In this document: piece by piece, positions 31,246-45,181 of the stretch
How positions within the stretch are numbered: position 1 is the stretch's first letter
Layout: every line of letters begins with the position of its first letter
Source of the DNA: Chrysomallon squamiferum
Taxonomy: Eukaryota > Animalia > Mollusca
Reading direction: 5' to 3'
DNA: 64,000 nucleotides
NCBI GenBank assembly: GCA_012295275.1
Contig: CM022673.1
Location: 620,001 to 684,000 of the forward strand
Made by a program: the position numbers and the translations under genes
The notes under the pieces: model-generated
Seen by the model: the letters and a program-made list of their open reading frames with translations, nothing else
Database searches by the model: none
Told to the model about the DNA's origin: nothing

Positions 31246-31599
31246 CTTTTATGGCATAACAGCTACAAACTATCAAATGTAACAATTCAGTTTCAGACCA
31301 ATCCATGCCAAGTGCCACTGATAGTCTGTGGCAATAATGTTTACTGGCATATCATCATTTGTATTTTTAGAATCATTAAATTTTCTGTCAGTATCATTTT
31401 ATTTATCATTGCCATTATTACAGTTTTCCTCAGTATCTTTTCATTAGCATTATCTTATTTATCTTTAGAATCATATTTCTGAAGAAAGTGATATTATAAC
31501 AATAGTAGCATAAGAATTAAAATATTGTTAAATAACAATAAAGACTATTGCAATGAAACTGTTAATTAATCACTGGCAGTTTTCTGTTACACAACTGAG

Positions 31600-31810
31600 A
31601 AGTGCCCCAGAACTGGTTTATCAAAAGCAAAATGGTTCCAGTATCTGTGTGAGTAAACATGCATATAAAAGAAATGTTGCAGCTACTTTAAAATGAAGCT
31701 GAAAAAGTAGTGGCATTGGGTTTCCTCTGAAGTGTAATGTAATGCAAAAACCACAAAATATGAAGTATGATAACCATTAACATTAAAATATGAGGTGTAA
31801 TTAAACCTGA
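31600..31810 (+). mobile_element. Decayed SINE copy
   Basis: agtgccccagaactggtttatcaaaa matches 37598 agtgctcaataactggttttatcaaa. The gggtttcctct segment is similar to ~30782 gaggtttcttt. Confidence 0.55.
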
Positions 31811-31852
31811 AAGCAACAACAGTGCCATTTGTCATACAATAATAAATAACAA

Positions 31853-32190
31853 ATTTAAAATTTGATCCATTAAGTATTTAAACAACAATAACAATAATAT
31901 CACTTATATATAATAATATATATAATCTATCTTAATAAAAACTTCATTAAATGATATTAATTAACAAATACATCTTCAAGCATCAAAATAACAATAACAG
32001 TAATAATAATAATAATAACAACAACAACAATAACACTGGACATGTAATAATTTTAAATGAGACCCATTAAGTATTTAATACATGGAAGTCCTTGTTCTGC
32101 TTCACACATTGCTCAAAATCTATCTTAATAAACACTTCATTAAATTATGAAAATTAACAGCTATATCTTCAACCATCAAAAGTAATTAAA
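31853..32190. repeat. Tandem duplication, ~195 bp period
   Basis: ccattaagtattta and aatctatcttaataaa.acttcattaaat...atcttcaa.catcaaaa each occur twice. Confidence 0.85.
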
Positions 32191-33371
32191 ATAGAAAAAA
32201 TTAGTCATGAAATTCAACCACTTACCAATATTTTCCCCGTCGTTTTTTTTTAAACAGAAATAAAAATAAAAAATAAAAATACTTGTCTGTTACATCAGTG
32301 TAAGTATAAATGTTCAGTCCACTTACGGTGTGCACAAAACTTTATTTTCCACCTACATTATGTGAAACTGAGAGCCTATGAAAAGCTCCGACACAATGGA
32401 ATCGGGTAGCATGCAGTCTCAAACACAAAATGTCATTGTCATATGAGAAAAGAATGCGCTAACAAAAGAATTGAAAGATGTAAATACAATCCTCATGAAG
32501 CAGAAACTATAAAGAATAAGAAACCAAATCTGAAGATATATGTTACGAGGATCATGTCAAAATAAAAAAGAAAAAGAAACAAAACCTTTTTTGTTGTTTC
32601 CTTATATTCATAGGTTAGTAGGCAAAGAGATATTTTCATTCATCTTTATTTGTCTTTTATTTTATTTTTATTTTTAATATTTGTTTATATTTTCCTTCAT
32701 TATTTATTTTTTTATATTTTTTTTTTTTTTTAATATTTCTATTAAACAGATGACTATATTTGTCAAATGTCATAATTGATAATAAATATATAAATAAATT
32801 TATAAAACAAAACAAAAATAATAATGTGTAAGACAAAATAACAAAAAATATTCATTCTAGAATTTAATACTAACATAATTTGATCAAATGTAGTTTCAGG
32901 ACAATTACAACTGTTCTAATGCTAGTAAAGGCATGAAAAAATTTAAAATGTTTTAAATGAAACTGCATACAAGCATATCAGCATGTCAAATACACATTTT
33001 ACTACATGTAAATTTCATTAAATATACTCAAATCTGATTGGTTCACAGAAATGAAGGCATTTGCAAAATAAGGACTAAATAGTTTGTTTGTTTAGCAGTT
33101 ACTAAATTATCAAACAAATACAGTTTTCAGAATAAAATATTTATCTTTACAAATAAATATGAAATGGGAGGGTTTACTACAGCCAATCACACAAAGGATA
33201 GACTTAACAAATTAATTACTGTAAATCTTGGTTTAAGATGGTTTCCATAGAATGGAAAGAATTTATGTATCAAACAGAAATCATGTTTATTAAATTTATG
33301 TGAAAATGTAAAAGTTTAACAGACCAAAATAGAGCATTACATTTATGAAGATTTAACATCATAAAATTATT

Positions 33372-33372
<1 letters not shown>

Positions 33373-33417
<45 letters not shown>
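33373..33417. repeat. (TAA)n microsatellite
   Basis: Directly visible. Confidence 0.95.
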
Positions 33418-33420
<3 letters not shown>

Positions 33421-36400
33421 TCACTTAGATGAAGTTATTCAGAAGATACAAAAGTTTAATAGATCAAATATAGAACACATTAATCAGTTCATAGTACAAA
33501 AATAAAAACATCTATGCTACCTGCCAATATTCTTTTTCTTTTTTTTTAACTTTATTTTTATTTTTATTTTATTTTTATTTTTTTTTTGTATGCAAATTGA
33601 TTAGAATGAGTTAATGATCTTATACTTTGCTGACAGGAATAATCCCCTTTGGTGCTGTTACTGGACTCTCTCCCAACTTGTACAACAATCCAAGTTCAGC
33701 TAAAGCAAAGCTGCTTTATTATCTATGGGAAGGTGAAACTATTATATTGCACTCTGCTAAATGAAAATAAATAGCAGATTTCTAAATATTGATAACTGGA
33801 TATATATGTTATATGTATTTTTATCATATGTACATGTAAGAATTACACATTTCTAATACAAAATGTTTCTGATTTAATGTTACCTGTTTCTAGAGTGGAA
33901 TTTTGATCAGTGATTATTTTTCACAATATTAAGGAACAAAATAAATACTGATACAATTTTTTTTTAAAGCAAAGTGAAATGCTAAAGACTAGACAATTTA
34001 AGAAAAATGATTACAGATATAATTAGTTACATCACTTTGATGGATAGAAATACAAATATATTGATTGAAATGTCTGTTAATAATTTCTTTACTTTCTTGA
34101 TTTTTTTTTTCTTGTCTCTCTTTTTAATGTAGATCCATACAAAATGTCATTAAATAAAACAGACCTTCCAAAATCTTTTCTATTCATTATAAAGAGGTAA
34201 CAATAAATGCCTCAAATATAATGACTGTGTGTATTTTCTGTGATGTGCTACCCAAACAACATGCACACAAGTTTCAGCTAAGTGTTTATAAAATGCACAC
34301 ACATTCATTATAAAGAATTATCACTGACAATCAGAAGACACTAAGCTACCCTCCCACAAAGTCAACATGGTTACAATAAAATGTAAAATGAATGCAACAG
34401 ACACATACAGAATATAATGTGTGCTGAGAATAAGAGAAAGAAGACAAAGTACAACACTCACAGAAACACATTCTTTCTTCATTTTCCATATTGGGTACAC
34501 CTGTTACACAAGTGAAAATATGTTTGACAATAAATAATATTTGGTACCAGTCATCTCCCTTTGACTGAGGAATAATATTTACCAAAAGGGCTGAATTGTT
34601 CTTTTATAAATATATATACACACACATACACACACAAATTGCATTGTATCTATTATTATGAAAAGACACACTGTTTAAGAAGATGAACTGAAACATGGAT
34701 AGTTGCATAGGTGGATGAAGGGATGGATAGAAGAGTTGATAAAGACAATTATTACATTGAGAGATGGATTGTTGGATTAAGGAATAGATGAAAGGAAGAC
34801 CTCTGTTCATTTGAAAAAGGAATACACAGGTTTTTAAATGATGATTTAGCTGAAACAATTATTGGACAAACTGTCAGAAAAAGAGATAAGTTTAATAATG
34901 ATCAAAAGCCTGGAACAGATGTTTGGTCTATAAAATACTATATCATTGTAGTCCTGACATTCATTATGTAACACAATAAATATATTATATAGTCAAAATA
35001 AACTTCAACAGCTTTTTATCACATCTTCCAAATCATGTTAAATATTTCCAAGATATGTCTAGACTAACATTTATTATTACTTCTATAACATATATTTCTG
35101 ACATTAATGCAAATGTTTGAACATTAACCTCCATTATCATTTGTTTAACTAATGAATAATAATTCAAAATGTATCATTTAATTTTCAATACTGCAAACTT
35201 CAAACTTATATATATATATATATGTATATTCCAATACATTACAAAAACTAATATTTAACTTTTGGTTTTTATAAAATGTTAAAAAAATAATAATAATAAA
35301 ATAAATATATATATTTTTTAAGTTAAACATTTTGCACTATTAATTGTAAAGAATATACAATACCCACATAGGAAAGAAATTTGCTCTGAGAAAACATGCA
35401 TTTCTTTAATAAATATAGTCGACTCCTATGTACCAATCAGTGATCCTTCCTTAGTAACATGCTAAATCATTGCTATTATTGACTCTCAGAGACAGGCTCA
35501 AATACAGCCATAATGATGCCCCCCACCCTGACAACAATGCGCATGAATAAGTGTTATGCAAACATCTGATAAATTTAAAAGTTTAATCAGAGGTGGGTGA
35601 ACAAGTGTACAATACTAGAAAACTGCTAGACAACAATGGACATGGTTAAGACGAAAATTATCACAAAAAGGATTACTCATATATTTTTAACATGTCAACT
35701 TTTTTTTAATATATTTTATATAAGAATAATAATAAGAACATTTTGGGGGGCTTGGGGATGCAGTGTTAAGAGAGTACTTTTTTTTTTTCTCCCCAAAACA
35801 TCTTTCTTTCTTTCTGTTTTATTATTTATAAAATATTTTTTGAGTTGATAGCATTTTGTTCTATTTTTTATTATTTATACCAGGTCTACTTTTTCTAATC
35901 ACAAATAATTATTAATTTAAAGCCAAAAATAATTAGATTTACAACTGAAAAAACTAAAAAATTATTTCATTTATAAATATATAACTTTAAAATGATTCAG
36001 TTCACAAATATATAACTTTTTAACTTAATATATATGTAGAAGTAAAAATGACCCAGTTTATGAACAAAAAAATTTAATTTAATTTACAGATCAAATATTA
36101 TTCTACTTATAAATAAAGAATAATTCTGTTTACAACTGAAGAATGATTTTATTTACAACTAAAGCATGGATGAATGTCTTTTCACAAATTGGAGAAACAG
36201 TCTGGGTATTCTAAGGACAAACTATCCGTTATTGCATAGCACAACTGAGTGCTTCCCCATTTCTTTACATCAGGTCTATTGAACCTGCGTACAAGCAGAG
36301 CTGGCAGGCAGTTATTGTACAAGTTAAAAATGTCATGAACAGTTGGATGGGCTTGCTACAGGTTCATTTCACAATTTACATGCTGTAGCTCTAATTGGCA

Positions 36401-37368
36401 ATAAACTGAATAAAGACTATTGATCATTTTTCAATATATTGGATAACATTAGAAGTTTGAACTGAATGGCAGAAATTATGGTTCCATAATCATTCAGTAT
36501 ATTTTTTTTAAGTTGCATTAACTATATATATAAAAAATCATCTTTGTTTTGTTTTTTTCCTTTTTTATAATAATAATAATAGAATAAATAACTGTAATAA
36601 TCATATAAATTATATTTTGAGTTTGTAATGATCATAAAATAACTGTAGATTTCTTAATATTGCTAATGGTAGTTCCTGGTTGCATATGAATGACTGTTAT
36701 ACTATAAACCATAATTGTAATTTCTGTTTGTAAGTACCAGTTTTCATTTCATTCATTCATTCATTCAGCATTGTAAGAAATAGAATCAGCATTATGTTTT
36801 ATTATATAATAATCTCATAATGATTATACTAAGCATATGTTATCAGTATAATGTATAATAATATAATTAAAAAATTGTCTAAAATAATAATAAATTAAAA
36901 AGAAAAACTTTCTAAAATTATTTTTAAGTACATGTATTCCCTATATCTTTCTGCATTCTTAAAACAATTAGCTGAATAATTTTCAACTGATCAGACATTT
37001 AAGAGATAAAAAAAAGAAGGTAATATGCAATCCTTTCCATAAAAGACATGATAAATCAACTGTAAAAAAAGACAAATATTCTATTCAGTTTTATTTTATC
37101 TCAGACAAAAACATGAAAGCATTTAAGCAATTTATTATTAAAGACATTTTAAAGATTTTATTAATTTTATTTTTACTTTAATTTCAAATATAGGTATCCC
37201 AGATATATATAATTACCATATTAAATTAAATAAGATATGTAATCTATGCTAATTATCTCCATATCAGCTGAGCATACCGAAATTCCATTGCATTGTCTTT
37301 TCATTAAAAAAGGTAAAGGCAGTGAGCAGTTGTAGTAACAAATCACAGCCTGACATGGGCACAAGGAG

Positions 37369-37442
37369 ATGACCTTGTGTTTGAAAACAAAAGCATAACC
37401 TTATAATGACCTGGTATTTGAAAAACAAAGCATAACCTTACA
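37369..37442. repeat. 37-bp tandem duplication
   Basis: atgaccttgtgtttgaaaacaaaagcataaccttata / atgacctggtatttgaaaaacaaagcataaccttaca. Confidence 0.9.
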
Positions 37443-37596
37443 GGAACAGGCATGCAAACAATGAACAGGTATTTTATTACATTTGAGGTGTAATACAAGT
37501 TTGCACTACAATTCTCTAAACCTTATTAAACTGTTATTTTATTTATTTTCTCATTCATAATTATAAACAATGCAAAAAGCTATTTCCTATTCTAGA

Positions 37597-37665
37597 CAGT
37601 GCTCAATAACTGGTTTTATCAAATATCACAGTATTTAGTTTCCTTTGGATGGCATATACATATAT
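37597..37665 (+). mobile_element. Decayed SINE core fragment
   Basis: Similar to 31601-31665 and to the reverse complement of 53471-53525. Confidence 0.45.
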
Positions 37666-38398
37666 CAGTGTATTTTCTTTTTCATCTTGATCATTATTCA
37701 AACATCTTTTGTTTTATTCCTAACAATCATTAATATTTAAATATACTGACAAAAAAAAAAATATTCATTCATTCTGTTTCAGCATTATTTTATATTTTTT
37801 ATATCTATATCTATATCTGTGTGTGCGTGTATTATATATATATACAAACACATAGTAAATTATGTGAGTGCACATCAAGTATTGCATTAGAATTTAATCA
37901 GACAGGCACCAAAGCAACTAAATTTTTATTGTTTTCTCAGAAACAGGTTGCCACAGTTCATAGCTGTATTATAGCCAATAACTAGCATATACTATGCATT
38001 TTTCAATCATTTGTACCTAAAAAAATCTCAAAAGCTTTGCACATTAAATACACAAAATGTAATTATCAAATCTGTAAAAGAATAATTCACATTTAAAGTC
38101 AGTATACATCAATACACTTACCAAGTTGAAAAATACTGTAAAAAAAAATGTTACTGTCAAAAACATAGAAGTCTGAAAACATGTGATACAGTTATTTTAA
38201 AATTCAGGGTTTTATGTATTATTAAAATTGAAAAAAAAAAAAGGAAGAAAAAAAAGAAGTAAATATTCATTGTGCTGCAGAATTATTCACTACTGAAATA
38301 GGTGGGTGTTTTAATGGGCGTGTCGTAAGGACTTAGTAGTCACAACATTAATTATTTGAAAATTAACATGTGATGAAATAATTATAAATGTCAGTTCA

Positions 38399-38443
<45 letters not shown>

Positions 38444-39032
38444 TTAATTAATTAATTTATTTTTTGTTTATGTGAATATATATGACTGTGTGTATGTGTA
38501 TGTGTGTGTGTGTTTGTGTGTGAGAGAACCAGTTCAGGAGGTTTTGCTGGAGGTGATAATAGCGTTTTTGCTATATTCATAACATGATGTTTAATAAATG
38601 TAATATTCTTAATTAAACTGATTTAACCCAAAAAGAAATTATTTTGAGCAATCTCACAAACAGCTTCTTAAGTTAAATCATGTAAATATCATTCATTATG
38701 TCCATCATTCTAGGAAACACATTTTTTTAAAAGTAATAATAAAAATATTATGACTGACTCAGCAGTTTATTAGTTTTATCAGTTCTGTTTAGAATAAAAA
38801 CCATTTTAGTTTTTTATTAAAATATATTTTCCAGAATTACACTATTTATTAATATAACAACATTTTAAAAACATGGTTTAATGATTTTGGGAACTTTTTT
38901 TTTAAACATCTTCTAACTTTTATCTTCATATATGGATATATAAAATTGTTACATGTATTTTATTTATAAATTCTGTTTTTAAAGTGTTTAAAGCAAATGT
39001 TTTTGTTATAATAATCAATATAATAATTTTCT

Positions 39033-39205
39033 ATAAAAATATCTTTTTACCTACTTTCAGAAAATGACAAAATGATTTTTTCGCTTAATTATATCCACTG
39101 AGAAAATTAAAAACGTGATACATACTTTATAAAAGTATAGCTGTTATACATATTTTTATTGTACATAAAATATCTTTTCACCTACCTTCGGAAAATGGCA
39201 ATCTG
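39033..39205. repeat. Short direct duplication (~40 bp, ~131 bp apart)
   Basis: aaaatatctttttacctactttcagaaaatgacaa versus aaaatatcttttcacctaccttcggaaaatggcaa. Confidence 0.75.
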
Positions 39206-42200
39206 TTGTATTTTGTTGTTGTTTTTGTCGGGCTATTTCACATAGTTTTGTTCATGTGGAAAAATAAAAACTTCACACATTAGAAACGAACAAGAATGAT
39301 CAACCCCTTTTCTTAGAAAACCATCGCAACTAATATCTTGTTTATAGTATTAACTCAAGTGTTGTTGATTGTCTGGGCATTGTTGAACCCAGGTGTGGGC
39401 CCAAGTTGTTGAGAAAGGAGAAAGTTTTATCTCAAGAGAACAGTGGCTAAAATCTCACCCATACAATACTCAGCAGTGACGGCCATTGTCATACCCGAAC
39501 AGTAGCTTCACATCAAAGTTACTCCATACACACAAACGCTAGTCAATGGGCAACTACCAACACCCAAAAATTTCATCACTACATAGTAATATCGGTTAGG
39601 AAAAGACCCCATTCATGCTCTTTTATGTTCCACCTAAGAAATTCAACAACTTTTCTCTGCCTGGGACAATTGAATATTGATTGTCATACCGAAAAAGCTT
39701 GCACATTTTGATACAACAATGGCACAGGCTTTTTATCTATGAATCAGTTTTTACCTAAGCCTTTTATTTATTAAACAACAGTTTCAGCAATGAATAGGCA
39801 CTTAGAATATGAAACACTTGAAATAGAAGCGAAAGCTTTTGCAAGTGGTGCCAAAAATTAACAATAATAACAAAGCCAGTTATTCGGTAAAACGTACTGC
39901 ACACATTAAATTATATGGCTATTTTTATCTTATTAAGTGAAAACTTCTGTACCCTGTTCTTCTTTATCAATACAATTAAGAAACACACAATGAACAGACC
40001 TTTGGTCACAAAAAAGCATTAATATGTCACACAGTATTGTATGCAAGTATAAGAAAATGCTATATAATAAAAGTTAATAATAAATCTACCTTCAAGACAC
40101 TTTAAAAAATATCTGTATTCATAACACCAACATGTTATAAAGTTAAATATCTTTCTACTAAAACATATTTACCAACTTCTAAATTATTTGGCAGTTAAAT
40201 AAATATAAAACTAGTTTATTAAAGATTCCAACAGCAGTTTAATATTAGATATCCTTTAATTTTACTTTTGGTATCACATTAGCCTCCAATAAATAATTTA
40301 CTTTTACATATAACAATGTCTACATTTTTAACATCCAAATTGTTTTTAACAAAACAAATATTTTGCAGTTCTGAATTCAAAATATGTCAAGGTAATTACA
40401 GTTAATTTGCTGTAATACAGTGGAAGTCATTTTTAGATGGGTTTTGGGGGTGTTTTTTTAAATAGACAAAAAGGAAATAATATTGGGCTAAGCAAATTGA
40501 TAAAAATAAGGGAATTTTTATCTTTTGAACCATTCATTTCTTTCTTTAAACAAAACTACCCAACCCCAATAATCCTAGACATATGAATAATTTTATCATA
40601 GTCAAATATCTTAAAAGATTTCACAAATGATAATTTCCTTATAACAAATGTAAAAATTAAAGAATAATTTTTATTTGAAAGGTATAATTTAAATCTAGCA
40701 TTACAAATCAAGACTATGCAAAATTTGAATCTGCAGAGGTCTGGTGATATGATATTAAAAATTAAATAATCAGTATGTGCCTAAAAATTAATTTTGAATG
40801 CTAAAAAAAGCTGTAACAAAAGATATCTTCCTAAACAAAACAGTTGTATCAAATATTGCTATACCTGTGAAGGATCCAAACATGTATTTTTTACTGAAAC
40901 TTCAACCAGTGATCCAAATATGGAAAATAATTCTGGTGTAGACACTGAAAGAGAAACACACATCATCACAAAACGTTTTTCACATTTTTATATTTATATC
41001 AATATCTGCAAGACAATTTTAATTTTTTTTCTTTTCTTTTTTCTTTTTTAAATTAGTAATCAACAACTACAACAGATCTAATTAATCTGAAATATTTTTT
41101 TTTATATATAATTTTTCCATCAGTGTTACTATCAGACCTGATCAAGACAACAGATGCAGTGTGCATGCATATGCATTATTTTATAGATGAAATATTGTCA
41201 TTACTTGACAGGATTTTTAGTTTTAGTTTTTTTTAAAACACTAAAAAACAATATGGCTGAACTTTATTTTGAGCAATAACTTAAATACTCAAAAATTTAG
41301 ATTCACAAAAAAACAAAACAAATTTAAAGATGAGTTTTTTAAAGAGATATCCGAAGATCTGAAACAATAAACTATTTTGATTCATTTTCTGGTACAATAA
41401 TTTATCAAGATACAAGAAAATTTGACTATAAGTTTAAGAACTGAAATTTATTATTAATATCTCAAAAATATTTCAGATAAATTTAAATTTTCATTTTATA
41501 ATACTAGGAAATACATTTTCTGTAATTTAAAGTGATTATTTTTGGTTCTTTCAATAACATTTTGCAAATAAAAGGATGCTGATAGAAATAACATTTTAGA
41601 GACTCAAAAATAGCACTATTTTTTTTTTCATTTTATTCATTTATCATTTTCTTTTTTTAATTATTATTATTAGTGTTAGTATTTTTTTATAATTATCAGA
41701 ATATAATGCTTGATAAAAGATAGATTGGACAAGAAAAGATATCTATTTCTCTATTTAATAGATTAAATACATCAAATCTGCAGTGAAAATTTCCCCATCA
41801 TCAAATGTACTAATTAATTTTATTATTATTATTATTATTATTACTATTGAAATATTTATGTATTTTGTTTGTTTTTTGTTTTGTTTTTTTTCTTTACCAA
41901 TATTACAATATAGTACAGACAGTAGTAAGTAAAACAAACGACTACTGTTTATTTTACTACTAAAAGAAAAAGTTGTCATATGATTCAAATTATCCAATTT
42001 ATGAACAATACACATTTTTATGAATGAAATAAGTCATTCATATAAGTGCCTTTAAACCTTTAAAAAATATATATATATATAATTTGTATTTTAATTATAA
42101 TGATATATAATTATATCAGGAATGCTTAGTATTTACTAATAATTATATCCAAATGAAAAAATATAAAATTTAAATAAATAAATAAATAAGTTTTGTTTTT

Positions 42201-44951
42201 ATATAAATTTTGCTGAATAGCTTTGATGTTATAAAATTTGACAACTGATGAAGTAACATAATATTTGATCTTTCACTTCACTAATCCAATATATATACTC
42301 ATGCAAATTTAATTAGAAGACTGAGTCTGATGGCTACACATTTGATGTATTTGTTATAAGAATACACATTCACAGGAATACTTACAAATATTCATATTTA
42401 TGTAATTCAGATATATATTGTGGCCTTGAATGGCTGAATCACTGATGTTATAATATCAGTAATTATTAATTATATTTTTATAACTGAAATCCAAAGATTT
42501 TTAAAAGATGTGCTTTGGATTCATGTAATTAAATATCTGTATTACATATATAAAAAGAAAAAAAGAAAGAGAAAAAAAGCAACAACATATATCTATGTTA
42601 CTTGTTTTGAAACTGTATACTCACTTAAGTATCTGATATCTTCAATATTCTAAACTGGTATGATTTAGCAGAAATCAGGAATGATTCATATTTATGACTT
42701 GTAGGTTATTTTCTATACAAGTGGCTATTAACATTTAATTATTAGAAATAAAGAATAATTATTCAAGGATGATACTTTGAAAAAAATGAGATTGTTTACA
42801 CTATTTATATTCACAAACTCAGATTTGTAGGAGAATGTGTAAATAATGACAGTTCTATTTGCATGTCAATGACAATAAGGAAGCTGAATAACATAACGTA
42901 TTTTTAAATAATTGTATATTTCCACTTTGTTAACTACAAAAGGAACTAATTTTACTATCACATTAGGTTTAATGTTTCATATTCAAAATTCAAAAGTTAA
43001 TTATGCATTTGAAAAGATATCAAGTATGGTGTGAATATTTAATAAATGGCTTTTTGGAAAAGTGAAATTTCTTAATTCCTAAAACAAGGAATTGATGAAT
43101 TTAAAATTTCTAGGAGTTCTAAAAGTACTCTACACACAGATACTAATGTTGCAAAAAGGAAAATGGTGAAAATGTGAAAGATAATTTTAAAAAGTTTGTA
43201 GATAAGCAGACAGATTGACAGAGAAATAGATAAAAGTTTGAAATCTGCTCGATTAAAAATAAAAGTTAAATCCTGAAATTATATTTATATACTTAAAGTG
43301 TCAAATGCATTACAAATCTATAAGTATAATTTACTCCAAGGGAAAAATCCAAACAGTATGCCAGTTTGATCTTTCTAATAATAATTTACAGGATAAATGT
43401 ATATAAAAAGATATTTTTGAAAAATATAAAATTGTCTTAATAGCATTTGAAACATTCCAAAAAATGTTGTTCAACAGGATTTCTCAACTCTGAAGATTGG
43501 AGAGGACTAATCTTTTGACTATTTAAAAGCATTAATTACCTATAAAATATATATTTAAAAAGCCCTAAGTATTATTAATTTAAAAAAATAAACTTGCCTG
43601 AATTTTAAACATTGATGAAGGACAGACCAGTAAAGCTCCACTTCTCATTGAAATGTGAATAAAATGTCTAAGCAAGTGGCACACCACACAAATCCACTTG
43701 TAGGTTTTGTTATATTTTTGAATAGTTGCGATAGATTACATATGAATGAAAACACAAAAGGGTTACCTTCTATTAAAATAGTGTTGGAGCAATACATGGA
43801 GACCTCTGATGCGTTTCAAAGGCCTGTACTACATTTAAATCGAGGGTGTGGTGCTTTTGTCTGTACAACAAGACGGCCTCCCATTATTTCTACTACAAAA
43901 ATAAGTTTGAACATACAGTGGTGAAAATGTACAATGTACATTGTACGACTGTGTAGTCATTCTACGGGAAGAAAAAGGTTTCGCCTATTCTGACAACAAA
44001 TCAAAGAAGCAATTACTACAGTGAACACATACAGCTAGCAAAATTAAGAGCCAAAGTGTTTGAGTTCATAGTGCAAATGATAAAGGGTATTGCTAGCTAC
44101 AATAGCCACAACTAGGCCCATGTACACGTCAATGTACCGTAATGTTCCATTTCCAGTACATTTGCTAAAAAAAAGTCAAGTCAGGTGAAATGCTAAGATT
44201 TGTTCATTATTTTGTCTAACTAGACAAACATCATTGTTGAATTGTGTAACTGATATCGCAAAACCAAATAGCCTCTTGTCACTGCACTGTCTTGGTATAA
44301 AACAATTTGAAAAGTCAGTACCAACCAGTGACATGTATCTCATGCTCAACAAACACTGAGCAAAATCTTTTCAACTTTCAATAATAGCTTGTGCTTGGAG
44401 TTGCTAAGGGACTTTAGCACCTTGGTCACTAACAATAAAAAAAATAATTATTTATTTGTTTCAAAAAACTGAATATAAGTAGTAGTCCTAATGTTTATTT
44501 CTGATAAATATTGTTATGAAATGTGTTACAGTTAAAGCTAAAAATACATCATTCAAAATCTTTAATTATCTTTTAACATGTCATTGATCATGACACTGCT
44601 GAATAATAATACATTAATACATAAAACATTTCTGATTATAAAAGAGTTTAAAAGAAAAAAACAATTTGATGAAATATTTTCGAACACATATAAAATTATT
44701 AATATAAAAATAGTTTCGTTTAAATTAATTAATTAATTAATTAATTAACTAAAAGTTTTTAAAAATTATAATAATATAAAAATAAATGTTTTTATTGGGT
44801 AGCCGTACTATCGACTGCAACATTTGTATTAATCGATAGCGAGTACAATGGCAAACAATAGCTCTAGGTTTGCACTCCCCTGTCGGCATTTTATCAAAAT
44901 CTGTTCTGCTTTAGCCTTTGCTTTATGTTTAAAGTTAAACACACCACTTAC

Positions 44952-44980
44952 TTTCGGACTTACTTTCATCATTTAAGCGA
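44952..44980 (-). other. Candidate micro-exon 2 of the minus-strand gene with two tandem donors
   Basis: Poly-T-CAG acceptor ending at 44981. Exon TCGCTTAAATGATGAAA is followed by AAA|GTAAGT at both 44963 and 44951. Confidence 0.45.
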
Positions 44981-45134
44981 CTGAAAAAAAAAACCTGACA
45001 TGAAGTAAAAACAATTGCACTGATTCAAATATACTTACTTAATAATTCTTGATTATTATCGTAACATGTTTTGTTTAATTATGCCAACAGTAGATCTATT
45101 TTTGTCTGTTATGGAAATCCATAACAAACTTGAC

Positions 45135-45181
45135 CGCCATATTCCAATCCACAGCAGACGACGCGCGAAAAAAATCACGTG
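45135..45181 (-). promoter_or_regulatory. Putative promoter of an unidentified minus-strand gene divergent from BCAT
   Basis: Dense motif cluster: E-box TCACGTG (45175-45181), E2F-type TTTCGCGCG (45162-45170, minus), CCAAT (45144-45148) and YY1-type AATATGGCG (45135-45143, minus). It is CpG-rich and is followed on the minus strand by donor TAA|GTAAGT at 45038. Confidence 0.6.

Noticed and set aside
37369-37442. 37-bp repeat of CRISPR-like length
   Set aside because: There are two adjacent copies with no spacer, in a eukaryotic context; it is a simple tandem duplication.
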